Source: Priapulus caudatus (taxonomy: Eukaryota). From it: a stretch of 39,599 nt of DNA. Position 1 is the first letter of the stretch; each line of letters begins with the position of its first letter. Location: NCBI RefSeq assembly GCF_000485595.1, contig NW_014577077.1, forward strand, positions 289,355-328,953, written 5' to 3'. The position numbers and the translations under genes are program-made. Shown here one piece after another: positions 1-13,651 of the stretch. The notes under the pieces were generated by a model. It ran no database searches, was not told the origin of the DNA, and worked only from the letters and a program-made list of their open reading frames with translations.

Positions 1-140
1 TATAGCCAGGTTAATTAGAGTGAAAGTAGAATAAAAAGGGACGTTTTAGAACAGAGAGACAGAGTCGAGAGAGTCGCCTTCGCTAGATTGTGAGTATGGT
101 TTTGGTTTTGCATTGACTTGTCTGCTTGCTGTGTACTTGT

Positions 141-212
141 GTGTAAACTACTTTGAGATTGTGTTAAACTACTTTGATACGGTGTAAACTACCTTGATAC
201 GGTTTATACTAC
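141..212. repeat. 20-21 bp minisatellite, ~3.5 copies
   Basis: Adjacent units gtgtaaactactttgagatt / gtgttaaactactttgatacg / gtgtaaactaccttgatacg / gtttatactac, with no spacers. Confidence 0.8.
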
Positions 213-2715
213 GGTAGTGTTTATTGTGCTGTGTTTATTGTTTAGTTAAGGACCGTGTACGCGCCATGCCCCTAGAGGGATTATAATATTTGTGTATTAC
301 TCTGTAGAGCATTAATAGAACTAATTGTTGTACGTTACATCTTGTTTCTGTCGTACGTTATCTACGTTCTCTCTACTAATCGTGCTATCTAATGGTACAT
401 CTTACACGCGCCAAAAGTTACGAACCTGTACCCTATACGACACGAGCCGCATTACAAGAGCTCACTTACCTATAGGAGTCCCGGCAGCAATTAACACACA
501 GACATGAAACAAAACAAATTCAGTTTTCAACCAAACGCACTGTTTCAAGTGCTACATTCCAAATATAACATAATTACCTTGGGATTTTATAAAATACTGA
601 TATTGTGATATAAATTATAAAACAGATGTAGATATTTATATAATATTAATTATAACATAGCAACCATAATGATTGGTCAACTAGAGTATGCCTCTGTATT
701 TTGATAGAGATGGCACAACATTAAAAAAATAGTAGATGCGATCACTAACAGAATCGGTAGAAATTTGAATGTTAATTAAAAATATCGTTCCACATATAGA
801 ATATACGTACCTGGAATCACAGAGGCCAAAATTTGCCCCTCCTAACGCAATATCAGATATAAGAATACGAAATCCAAGGATGAATAGGATGAGTTATGGA
901 GAGAATTATTGAAAGTCTAACGAGGTAGTTTGTGAAATAAAGAAAAAATCGTTTTAACCACGGAACAGAATAGACTATGGCGATGAGGCGCGTATCACTG
1001 ACAATTATAATATCGAATGAAAAAACGCAAAACCTTAACCAAAGAATGTGTTCGAGCACTAAAGTTAATAAAGAACTGTATACGGCCTTTGATGTTCCCC
1101 GATCAAGTGATATATTATTTTCTTATAATCGTTACACAGATTCTACAGATTCAGGTAGATTCATTTGACAGCGAAGGTGGGCGAAATACATACAGTACAT
1201 GCAGGTAAAGCCTTGTAGAATAAAATGTTTCCTTAAATTCACCATTATTCTCAGGTATATGCTAGCTATTCATATAGTATCGCTACTCTAGCTATAGCCT
1301 TCCCATTATCATAAATAACATCAAGCTACCATCTATACATAGAGGTAATGTACACTTATGAACCAGATGCACAAAACAACATCTAGCAACAATTGACTAA
1401 TTCACGTTACTCCAGCATATAAAATGAGTAACAATTGAATAAAACAAAATTAAATGAATATTGAAACTGTAATTGCGTTACTGCTACGCGTAATTAGTAT
1501 CGTGCTATTATAACGCCGAATTGCATTTCAATCTCCTATAGTCCCGCCTAGTGTGTATAACCCGTACATGAATACTAATAGTAACGGATCCACAGGTGGA
1601 TAACCTTCACCACACAGCACACTAGATAGAAATATCACCACAGTGACATTAGTTAATAGTGCCTTGTGCGGCAGTGACAGACAAATCATCACATACTATT
1701 GCCAATTTGTAATAGTGTTGAGAAGCAGACGCCAGAGTAGTTAAATTTAGTTACATCTCCGCTTGTTTTCTAATACATGTATTTGCCTTTCATACGCATC
1801 AACGCTGATATAATGATTCACGCAATATGTTATTTAGGTTTTATTCATGACTTACATGCCAAATATTATATTGTGTTACCTAGGTTTCAATTTTGACAGT
1901 GGTAATTAAATTGAAATTAATGTAAATTGCATTACATTCACGCACGCAGTGTAGGTAGACAGCGAAACACAGGGTCTGCCAGACCAATGGACGTTCTTCA
2001 CAGTAATCCGTATGTCGATACGGTCTACACGTAATGCCCGACAGAACAACGACTCCTCTAGATTGAGTTAGCTCTCTTTCGCTTGCCTTGCTCACTTACA
2101 CTGATCATATAACAACAGCACGCTGAGAGACTGGCGTGACTAATCGGCGTGTGAGTAAGCAAGCATCTGCGTCTTAACTGGCAGACTACCCGCCGTGCTC
2201 CGCCTCGTCGTAGATATCGTCGACGAAAAGCCCGTGGACCTAATTGTAATTGCGGCTGCACTAGGTTGCTAAGCCATTCTCAAACATCCTACTCAGTTGG
2301 GTTTTTGCAACGGGCACGATCTTCGCTCCACGAGGGACTTGATCGACGCTAACGCGCCACAAGTCCTTCAAAGTTCAAAATTATCGATTCAGCTCGCCGA
2401 GGTGAGCTTTTCTCTCGTTATTCCTTCACGACAAATCGAAATGACGCCATGCGTGCGTGTAGCAATGCGTTGAAGAAGTCTACGCTCCCGCCGCGCGAAT
2501 TAAATGCAGCGTGCTGCCTCTTATAACTAACCACTAATTACTAACCAGTTGGCGTTGCCGTGTCATATATGCAACAGGATACACACTCACTATTCACAAT
2601 TATCAAGGCAGCATCCTTCGTGATTCTGACTCACGCGCGGCTGGTGAAGTTAGTGTGACAGTTCAAATAACAAGAGATACCCTATGTCATTTATGCACGG
2701 ACGCACATAAAGACA

Positions 2716-2947
2716 CGTGCGTACCTGTATGTGTGCATTCGTACGTGCGTGCGTGCGTGCGTGCGTCCGTACTTACGCAAGTCCGACGATTTTCAGATCC
2801 TACGAATGTTTTCAGACCACAATATCTCTGTGCGTTTGTATATATAAATATATATATATATGTGTACATACACAACGTTTGTATATTTATACGTGTGCGT
2901 GCGTGCGTGCGTGCGTGCGTTCGTGCGTGCGTGCGTGCGTGTGTGTG
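2716..2947. repeat. Compound (GCGT)n/(AT)n microsatellite
   Basis: Direct tandem repeats; they account for the RACV/HART-repeat ORFs in the track. Confidence 0.9.
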
Positions 2948-3195
2948 ATAACGACGCAAAAAAAGGCTGATTAATAAAGCGTGTAGTTAAAGGTTAAGTA
3001 AAATATCTGCATGTTCATTACCTATGACGCACAGTCAAGTACCAGCATTCATACGTCACCAGCACATTGATTTTAAACATTTTTGTCGCATTTTACGTGA
3101 AGCCATAGAGTATTATTACTGGCGAATGACGTTGAAGGTGTGGAATAACGAGACGCAATCTTAAGAGTAGATAGTGGCACGCGCACGTGCGAATA

Positions 3196-3340
3196 CTGTA
3201 TAAGCTGTATATTTCGCGGTGGTTTAATTTTCGCGAATTTTTGCGAACGCGTCCCCGACCGCGAAATTACCACTCGCGAAATTGTCCGTCAAGTCTGAAT
3301 TCGTGAAAATATCTGTACGCGAAAAATATCGCGCATACAG
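3196..3340. mobile_element. 145-bp TcMar (Tc2-like) MITE
   Basis: TA on both flanks (3194-95, 3341-42). Imperfect 23-bp TIR CTGTATAAGCTGTATATTTCGCG vs CTGTATGCGCGATATTTTTCGCG (18/23). Internal repeated TTCGCG/CGCGAA motifs. Confidence 0.75.
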
Positions 3341-6300
3341 TAATCACATGTTTTCAATCGGGAGGTTTTATAAAATACTCGGGCTGTATAAGCGAAACAG
3401 CTTGTAATAAACAGCAGGATAGGGATAGATCGTGAGTTAAGATTATGTTTTCTTTCGTTTAGTTCGTTTTTCCCGAGAATAAACCCCGACGAAAATATTG
3501 TCACTTATTCCCATTGCTTATTTAAAACAATAAACACCCTATAGCGGCATAGACTCTACACTGCTAGATGCTTGAAGAAGGGTATTCGATTAAACCTATC
3601 GATTTCCACTCATGTACACCTGGTCCAAAATGTCAACAGCCTATTTTTCTCAAGCTCGGTTATTTCATGATGCCACACTTCTTTTAAATTGCTTTGCCTT
3701 GCGACATCAAAGTGGGGGATTGAATGCTATTGCTTTATAGTTATTTGATATCAACACGCCACCCGCTCATTTTATCAAGCTGCATTACAGTATGCGAGGT
3801 TCATGGAGCGTTGACCAATATACATTAGTTTAGCAGCTGGGGGAAAAGCATGTTCCATAAATGATGCTAAACTATGTTGTACACGAAGAGAATTTCCATC
3901 AATCCACATGAAAGCAAACGGCTTTTAAATCAATAACCTCGCCGAACACAAATAGTTTAATGTAACCATCCTTAAATAAACGTGATCGGAGTTAAAATTC
4001 AAGAGATCTGACAGCGTGCAATCGCTATGAAGAGAGGCAGCATCGATGCAGCAATGATCCGCAGTCTGCGGCTCACAAGGCGGCACGCAAGCGCGGATAA
4101 GAGCAAATCCCTGTCAATCGTTCGGTGAAAGCCGAACTGGTTCATGAACTGGTTTAATTGCAGCGATTCCTGAAACGTAAACATCTGCCCCTTCCTATAT
4201 ATTCTCTCCAGTCACAACTACAATAATGAGATATCTCACAAAAGCGTTCGGATACCGTAGATTGAACCAACTATCGTATGGATTGTCAAGAAGCGCATTT
4301 CGGATACAGCGGCAACAGCAATTAATAGCTGCTTAGACAGTAATTTGCGCGTATCCTTGGCGTATTATTGACCAGTTACACAACAAGGACTCGGCGCGAT
4401 TATAAAAACATCAAATTATTTCTGAAATAATAAGAACTTGATTAGCGACGACATTGCTAATTTTTTTTGCACTTTACGATTTCTGGATAAGTATTACTAA
4501 TCATTGCTAACTGCACATTACATGGCTGAAGAGACCCAAAACTGAGGTAATGGAGGATCACGTTTTACTCAGCTAATCAAAATATTACATAGCAATCTAA
4601 AATGAAAGAAGATATATATCTCTGTAAATATCGAAGACGATGAATGATGAAGAAATGAATGAGAAGTTGACGACATTATCGTCACATACAATCAGACGTT
4701 AATTAAAATTTGGTTTCAACCAAGCTGCACATCACATCAACGAAGATATATATCGGGTTATATCGAGAGCGACCATTGTATTAGCCATTAGTCGACTAAT
4801 TATTCCGCCATAAATCACATAACCTGCCATTTCATTGCCCAATAGACCGTCACGGTGTCGCCTACGTATCCTGTCTAAATTTCTACATGCGTCTCCTTGG
4901 CATTTTCATCTCTAATGAGGCCTTGTCAAAATGAGACACAGAACTTGAATACGCCGAAATTAGTACATGTACGCGCACAACCGCAGACATCTACTCAGTC
5001 AAATTGCCTACACGGGTATCGCGTGAAGCCGGGGATAACACTGTAGAGAATTTGCATATGCAGTGACTGCGCGCGGCATGTTATCGCCCGAGCACAGCTG
5101 GTCACCGCTACAGACTTTAATTCAGCAAGTCATTAGACGTAAGAATTGGCACACATGACACTGTGAGTAATCGCACAGCCCCGAGGGCCCTTCTCGGCAA
5201 TAGTCAGTAATAATTCACTGGCATGAAGCCACGGTGGCCTGCACCACCCCACGGGACCGCGCGCTGCTTTCAGGAGCGTTTGATCACACGAGTGCGCAGC
5301 CTCGGAAGCAATCATCTCGCGCGAAACAGACAACGCGAGATTAAGCAGAATGGAATTCGCCATTGAAACTGCACGTTATGATCCAGTGAGCTGCAACGAA
5401 CATTGCCTGCGAGAGAACTCTTTTCTTCTGTTGTTGTGAGTATTGGCTTCAGTGAATTGTGCTGGAGCACGTATTCGCATGCACTAACGGCAGGACTATA
5501 CACGACGGTGTTTTTTTTACTTCCGATTGATCATCTCGATTTGCATATATATGCGATCAGTGGAAGACGCATCGAATCAGCTGTCCTATGCGGGAGAAAT
5601 TATTTAACCATTTAAAATCTAGGCTGAATACCTGTAGTAACGTAACAAAACGCAAATAAAGGCAATCATTTCTTCCAGAGGAAACCGCTCTAAATGCACC
5701 ATAACCAATTACGACATCTAACTCTAGTTAGCAGCCGTACATATATAGTTAAAGTACATTGTCAGCCACTCAATATTCCTATTTCACACACAACATTTCT
5801 CGTGACCCGACTAAAATTAGCTGTGTTAGTGCTAGCGCACGTTTGCCAAGGCAAAGACGTATGTGTTACATGTCTGCATAATCGGCAAAATCACTATTAT
5901 TGGTAACAATGTTTACATGGCACATTCCTGTTACACACACCTTAATGAATTCGGTTAGAATGCAAATTGAAGCTAACGAATTCTTTGCCTTCAGGCATAC
6001 AAAATGTATCTTTGCCTTTCATTCTAACATATATCTATAATCAATATATTACATGTATGGTCTGCCCCAAGCTGTTTAACCAGTAAATCAATTTACGTTG
6101 TCCGTGACCGTGTCTACATTCAAATATATTTTCATATTTTGCATCGGAAAGCTGTGTTTACTAAGTAGAAATAATGCAGTAAAGCAATAATAAAAACGTT
6201 ATACATACATTTATAACATTGTTATCAATGTGTAACAAACATTTTTAGTATAACTAAAGTTTTAACAAGTTTAAAAACCGAGAGCGTAAAGGATAACGGA

Positions 6301-8172
6301 AATAAATTTCTTAGCATTGTCAATCACTATTATAGGGCTGTTATATGTATTTTAGATGTAGTGATATGTTCTTTATTATAGTTGTTTGAGTACTTAGATG
6401 TATCAGCAATAGCGTTGCATGTAAAGCTATAAATCTTTTATTTTATGACAACGCAAGGAAAGATATAAGCTATCCATTCTTGAGGAGCTTGTACAATTGT
6501 TAGCAAACCAATTAAGGACACGCGTATCTTGGGTATAGAAAAATATTGATACCATCTGTGCAGGTTTATTCTACTTTCAGAATTCACTAGGTATTCACCT
6601 CTACGAAGTCAATACGAGAGTAAACAAGAAGTTCATAAAGAACATTTACAACACGATAGACCTTTCATGAACCTGATCAACACTCGCCATGCAAATTTAC
6701 TCAATGTTAAACCAAGTCAATTAACTTATATACATAACGAATAACCTGGAAAAAGTATCGCATTCATATACACGCTCACATTCGCATTTCACAGAGTTTA
6801 TGATTATTTGTCTATCCGTGAGTGTATTATTTTTTTAAATCATCGTGGTGGAGTGATTTCCCAGGCACGCGTTATATTACAGGCTATCATTATACACGCA
6901 TGCACAAAGCCGTGATTGAAACCGCAAAAATCGTGACAGGCTATTGAAATGAACGAGCGTGGGAGTCACGTTGGTGACAAAACATTGCCTGCAGGTGGGC
7001 AACGAAAACCCAACCACCTGCAGTTACGGAAAGCTGTGCCTGTATGTTCAATAAGTACGTGCCATGAGAATGTAGCGTGTTAGAGGTCCAACTCTCTCAA
7101 CGGTTGTGGTTATGCCTAAATGCATGAACATTGCGTTACACGAACGCTCAGTATAGATATTTGCAGACTATATGTGCAAACATCGACATTATCCGCATAG
7201 CAACATGGTTTACATAAAGTTATTTTAAGTGAAATATGTACGTTTTATTGGTTCATGTTCCGTATCATGCAGGAGTCGTTTATAAATAAAATGTTGTAAC
7301 AATATAAAGCGTTTTAGTTTATCATCACTGTCATATTGACATTGTCATATTCTTAATCATAAATTTTCAAGGAATTTTAATGATCGGAAAGTTTTAGCCC
7401 TATAGTCCATTTAGAATGAAATCGTGGGCACGAAAGATTGATAGACAGTGAGTACGATTCGTACTACGAATATAAGACACACAAGAGAAGATCATTAGAA
7501 AGTCAAATATGACTGCCTTTTGCCATCTCCGCGATGAGACTGGTTTCTCGAACGTATAGCAGTGGCACTCATTGTTCACACAAACCTTTCAGCAAATATA
7601 GATAATGTAGAATGTACTTTATCTATTTTTTTCATTTTAGTGATGTGCAAATCAAATATTAAGACCATTTCAAAAAGGGTAGCAATACACTTATATCGAT
7701 ATTTACGGCTTATTTATATAACATTTTCATTTTTCGACCCTCGTATTTTCACATAAATTAATTATTAAAAATTTCAAACACCAGCGACTCGCGTATACTA
7801 CGCCGCACAGCAGTATGCTCTGCTTATAATAGGGTTAGAGCGCTGAGATAGACAAATGTCAAACGGTTATCATATATATTTAGTATATTTATGTTAAAAT
7901 GTGCGGGCAATAACCATTATAATTTTGTGTCAGCAGACTATTAAGTTTAGCCGAGTTGTCAAAATGGCAGTTTCGCATCCTCACGCTACAGTTAACCATT
8001 GATCATGACGGAAAATTAGGAAATTTTCAGTATCTGCCGACATCTCGAACACTATTACTGGAGTCAGAGATTGAATTTTATCAGCAACGTGGTAGAAGAC
8101 GAATGAGAAAATCTATACTTATTATAGACCGTTCTCAGAGCGAACCAGCGAAAAATCACATAATACCTTTAA

Positions 8173-8786
8173 AGGGATACTAGACTCTATGATTTTACTG
8201 CATACAACGGTACTTACTGCATAACAAATCGTCTATACCCACAGGTATTTGTTACCTGATACCTAATTTAATTGTTATAATTAATTATACATCAACGTTA
8301 CGAAATTTGAACGACGCCATTGACACCCGCGACCGTGCTGCCACCCTGAAAAAGTTGCGCATTTCCCAATATATTTTGCACGTTACAGACAGAGGGCTAT
8401 TCACAAAGGTGCAATTATATTTATACCTAAATGCTATTTAACCGAACGATGTTCATTTTAGGACAAATTTATCTATAATATAGGCCCCTAACTGAAACTA
8501 TATGTCGTTTATAAGATATTACAATCCTTTGGCTTTTAAATTAATAAATAAGAAACACCCTCGGTCTGTATAGCCCTTGGCTGAAAAGTCGTTTTGCGCA
8601 ACTTTTCAGATCGTGCGCGTTGAGTGGCGCCACCGTCGTTGTAATCAGACTGTAGTCGTTAGTTTTAAAATTAAAACATAAAAAAAATATTTCTAATGGT
8701 GATTGAACCATGAAACTTTTTATATAGCGTAATTTTTAACCTAAATTAACTGAAAATAACCCTAGAACCTAGAGTAAAGGATCCCT
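8173..8786. mobile_element. 614-bp non-autonomous Kolobok-like DNA transposon
   Basis: TTAA on both flanks (8169-72, 8787-90). TIR AGGGATACTAGACTCTATG vs AGGGATCCTTTACTCTAGG (15/19). Purine (AG) termini fit Kolobok rather than piggyBac. Internal inverted pair ctgaaaaagttgcgca / tgcgcaacttttcag. Confidence 0.75.
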
Positions 8787-8926
8787 TTAACAGCGCACTG
8801 CACAAATCCATCTTAGGGAAACACGCATTCAGGCACTAGTAACTATTTAAAACGACGAGAGGGAGCGAGAAGAGTTAGTGTCTGTTACTGTTAGTAGTCC
8901 TCATCTTCGTGTTAGACATAGAATCA

Positions 8927-9318
8927 CAGGGGTTAAGAACCCGACCGTTTGATGGGGGAACGGTCTACGACGGGGGAGGGAGGGGGGGCTAAACTCACAT
9001 TGTGGATAGGGACAAAAAGCTACCTAGAACTAGGGGACCCTAATTCTTCTTCATTTTCAAAGTTTAAAGTGACACTTTTAAGGAGATTAGCATCTTTACC
9101 AAAAAATAATATTCCTATATCCATAACAATGTATGTATTTATTGTAGTGCACACATATATTAGCCTTTTTTCCGGCTGATTATTTTCACATATTACTGCG
9201 ACGAACGTAGTACCGCAGATGAAGAGTAATTGCAAATTTTCTCATATATTTCCCTACGAGTTACGGATATTTTTCCCGCGGGGGACGGTCTCCCCAACCC
9301 CTTCGAGATCCACCCCTA
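8927..9318. mobile_element. Degenerate hAT-like MITE relic
   Basis: Starts CAGGGGT with G-runs and ends GATCCACCCCTA. Subterminal sequence resembles 37900-37972. No TSD found. Confidence 0.35.
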
Positions 9319-10802
9319 CTGCCACTACTACAATATACTCTCTCGAATACTTATGCCTCTTCATGAAAGCATTTCTATTTCAACAGTATAGCGTGTAAAG
9401 CAAGTACAAGGCAAATATTAGATCTTAAAGTGCCAGAGGTCAGTGCCAAAGGCGAAAGACCCAAGAAACGGCGGTTAACAGAGCAGGGCATGCAAGCGCG
9501 TATGCACGAAAACACGAGCGCACAAATGCACGTGCAGTATATAAATGTGTATAAAACTAGGTTCAATATTAGGTGTACAAATGTCGCCCCCGTAACCAGA
9601 TTCGTGCGTTTCACAAAGATGTGCTGGGCATATATCCCAGAAACCCGACAGCTGCTTGTCTACGCTCTCTCGCCGATACTCCAATGAATAATGCATCGGT
9701 GCGTGCACCCGCACTTCATTCTATTCCAAGTCAAACAGGGTCCCGTCTCCCACAGGCGTACTACACACAACGCAACAGTAAAAACCTCGACTGCCAACCA
9801 ATGATAAAGCCGAGTACGATCTGTGGCCGCATTTAACCTATCCCATGCCAGTTTTCGTAGGTTTTCGTAGCCAGTTCGTAAGTTTTCACTCTGACAACGG
9901 TAAGACAGTGAATTTGCATAAGGCACCAAGCAAAGAGCAAAATATCCAAACAATAATCGCGTGTTTAATGCCACTAACTTTCCAAATTGTAAGCGTGTGC
10001 GCCAACCCGCATGTGCATGAGAGCAGCTGAAAAGCCGAGTGGCAAAAGCATGGATTGGCCCATCAAATCGGGAACTGTGCATTGATTTTGAATGTACAGC
10101 ATCAACACCAACAAATTGGCTATTTGAACTAGATTTTTTTACGTTTCATATACTAGTACGCGGAATAAAAACTCAAACGCGGGAACGGTTGAGGGTAATT
10201 AAGGAAATACTATTTAAGGAACTATGTTCACGTAATACCTATTGCAGCCCGTCCTCAACATACCAAAGAATTTGCACACCAATTCTCTACATAGGGGCCC
10301 ACATGCTTTCTGTTGTAAATCATGAGGATAATCAAATAGCTAGCACATTATTCCAACCAACTCTCGTCGATATCTTTGAGTATCAAATACAAACTAACGA
10401 ACACAAATAAATGTATCACATTAAACAAAATTATTATTTGGATTATTTGCATATTCCGATCGGTGACCTACATAAACCAATGTCGTTTGTTAGGCTTCAT
10501 TTCAATCAGGTATTTAGTGCGGCTTGCGGAATATAACTGCAATATAATGGCACTATGTAGAATCCCACCAGCAGACGTATGTAATTTTACATGCTATCAT
10601 AATTCTTTCATGAACTAATATTGGTAACGCACATCTTCTAACACGACAAAGTGATTTTAGACACGTCACACCATTACAGTGATCCGATGCCTACTTTGAG
10701 TCCTCGGTCATATACGGTATTAGGCCCCAATACAGTGAGTCACATATATGTATCGCTAAAGTGAGTCAGTAATATCTCATGCAATAAATCGGTAGCAGAA
10801 TA

Positions 10803-11011
10803 CTAGCTAGGAAAATGTCACTCTCTGACATTCTGTCACTCTGAGATTCACATTCACTTTCATTCTTCATTTCATTCTTCACTTTCGTTCTTCATTTCAT
10901 TCTTCACTTTCGTTCTTCATATTAACTTTTAAACACACTTCACATTATGATACTCTCTGAGGTTCTGTCACGCTCTGAAACGTTAGACACACTTCATAAA
11001 CTCTGATAGGA
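10803..11011 (-). mobile_element. Putative ~210-bp mini-Helitron with internal 25-bp tandem repeat
   Basis: On the minus strand: A|TC start at 11011, hairpin AATGTCA-5nt-TGACATT just before CTAG|T (10803-06). The 25-bp unit ttcactttcgttcttcatttcattc occurs ~2.7 times at 10853-10920. Confidence 0.45.
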
Positions 11012-13651
11012 TATCATTTATTATACGGTATTTCATGGTTTATTCGCTCATTAGATCATCCAATTTGCTAGTCAACACAATTACCTGAATAGGATTATAT
11101 TTACTCTCTTTGAAAGTCGAAACCGTTGTTGTTAAACGTAGTATCACGATATGGTAATGACTGAATCATCAACTTCCATCGTGTATAGCTTTATGCATAC
11201 TCCTAGTAATCGGCCAAACATATCTGCGTCAGATGAGAATGGCACAGTCAATAGTCGGTTTCACCAGTCAGTTGATAAGCATAAACCTGCGAGCAATATT
11301 GTCATGCTGAACAGTTTGCGTTGCATAATAGCATTTTAGTCATACAATTCGCTGAGCTTTGCAAGTAATCACTGAGTCATCGCATATCGTTGCTGTAACT
11401 GACATGCACATGACACGTATTTAAAGAATGACAAAGCGAACAGACACAATGCCTTTTTACGTGATTACTTGCAACCCACCAACGACCATACATTTGTCAA
11501 TGCGCCATTTTTTAAGACTTGTTATTACACGCCAAATTTAACCAAAAGAGATCTTAAATTGGTTCGCCGTTCGAGAATTCTGTTATTCAGTAATTCTGAA
11601 AAAGTGCAAAACACAGGGGAGGCACACGCAACAGTTATGACCATTGCCCATACACTGTCACAGCGTTCGATTGGAGTTCTGCTTGACCTGTTCTTCCGAC
11701 GAGGGGCGAAATAACGCCGGAAATTATCGCTCGGGGTCAATTACTCGAGCCATGTTTCGCTCCCGGACTCCCCGATTTCACTTCATCAGGAGTGCGTGTG
11801 TGACTCCCTGTGAATTCTGATATAAATACTCGAAAAATTTAACAGAATATAATACTGCTTTCGGCTTTATGAAATCACATTCTGCGGCGTTACGGACATC
11901 ATACCGAGGACGCCCTCATTTCGCTACAGGCTCCCTCTATTTAGGGCAGAGAATCGGTCAAGTCCTTTGATCAATGGTTAATATTATGTACCCCGCGACA
12001 TCTAATGACATAGCACGCTTTCTCCCAAATCAAATGTGTGACCATAATGTGACATCGCTTGCAAACCTTTTGTTCGAAAACGCCGAGAACAGCAGGATAA
12101 AATTGTGTGAAATGTTATCGGCTCGAATTAAATATGTGTAAAGTGAACGAGTGACAGTGTATAAAGTGGAAAATATTAGACATAAAGGAGATTACACAAA
12201 TTGCATGAATTTGTCGGATAGCGAGCAGCTTTTAATTTAAACAGAATCCACAGGCCGTTGCTGATAAGAATTAAACGGCGATAAAATTCATATTCACGTA
12301 TTAATCCCGAAGAGACGTTGGTCCGCTTCTATATCAATGTTTCTGAATGTGTTTATTGCTAGGATATGAAACAGTTCAAATCGTATTTATTTCCTGCGCG
12401 TACAGATCCTGTATCTTAACAAAAGATAATACTACCGTTTTAATCTGCCACTTTCAAGAGCCAACTTTGTGGATCTTTGCAACATCACAACCATTTGCGT
12501 TGTCTACATATTAAGAATAAACATTCAGGACACTTGTTATCACATCACTTCATTCCAAATTATCCGAGTTGACGGAGTTGCACTAACTGGTGTTGCCATG
12601 AGGAAAACAACGACTGTCAACTAGTTGTTAGTGTAACTGATTACTTCCTGTAGTCAAATCGTCATAAGATATTGCATTAGAGTAATATGGCATGAGTTTA
12701 ATATTTTTCAGCATTTTAATGAACATTATGTCCACTAAAAATTCGGGAAGCTACTTGTTATCGAGTGATGCAGCTGTTTGAATAAATTGTTATGCAAAAC
12801 ACCGAACAATTCCGCTAATATACATCTCGTATAATTTTACGATTATTAGCCAACCTAACATGATTTAGTTACTTTAAAACAGTACGTCTTTATTTTCGGC
12901 ATATTAAAAACGGCATCTTAGATTCTATATACCATATATATATATATATATCACTGTTATACCATATCGGTTATACCGGTTATAATTGCCCAAGTGCTTA
13001 TTAGGGTGGCATAATACAAACAGTCGAGCGGGAAACACCTATGTCTGCGGCTCACAGCCCATTTAATCTGCTGAAAAAAGGAAAATAAATCAATGTAACC
13101 TCCATTCATAACTGCACACCCTTGACCAACGTTAACAGCATTTGCAACTATGAAAAATGGCAGGTCACATGCCAATGAGAAAAACCACTCAGACGGAAAG
13201 CAGGAATAATGGAATAGAGGAAGTAAGGTGGGAAAGTTCGCCAAGTAAATTTGTAATATAGCCTTTGATGGAGCTATCGTAATGATTTTTTTCCCTACTC
13301 CAGAATAGAAACTGTGCCGAAATACTCGAATAAGTCACATGAATAGACATATCGAGTGTGAGTATGTACTTCTACTACTACTACTACTCAAATATCCCTA
13401 ATAAACTTCCATAATGGTTTCTCAAGAAATATGCAACACCGCATTTCGAACAGCACATATGAACCAAGCCTGAATAAATTTCAGGCGCATAACTGCTGTA
13501 AGGTTAGCGAATAGCTTTACTTTGCTCTTCTATATAGTGTTGCTAGTATTCACAGCACATTCTTCGCATCTGAACAACGTGTTTGAGAAGCTGAGCATTT
13601 CCGTGATTACGTTTCCTAACACATCTCTCTAAATTTAAAACAAGCACCTGG

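Noticed and set aside
141..212. Possible CRISPR-like repeats
   Set aside because: Units are adjacent with no unique spacers, there are no cas genes, and the context is eukaryotic.
2655..2974. ORFs with RACV/HART repeats (also at 18627-19111, 23058-23387, 38345-38706)
   Set aside because: They are stop-free translations of (GCGT)n/(AC)n microsatellites, open in several frames on both strands.
8125..8967. 10-bp inverted pair TAGACCGTTC / GAACGGTCTA as Academ-like ends
   Set aside because: No TSD, and the right copy is already part of a local hairpin.
9375..10618. Cluster of 60-140 aa ORFs
   Set aside because: Overlapping on both strands, with no recognisable domain or consistent splice pattern; possibly decayed transposon interior.
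4064..13056. Shared 14-mer GTCTGCGGCTCACA at 4064 and 13043
   Set aside because: A few exact 14-mer matches are expected by chance in 40 kb, and there is no flanking similarity.
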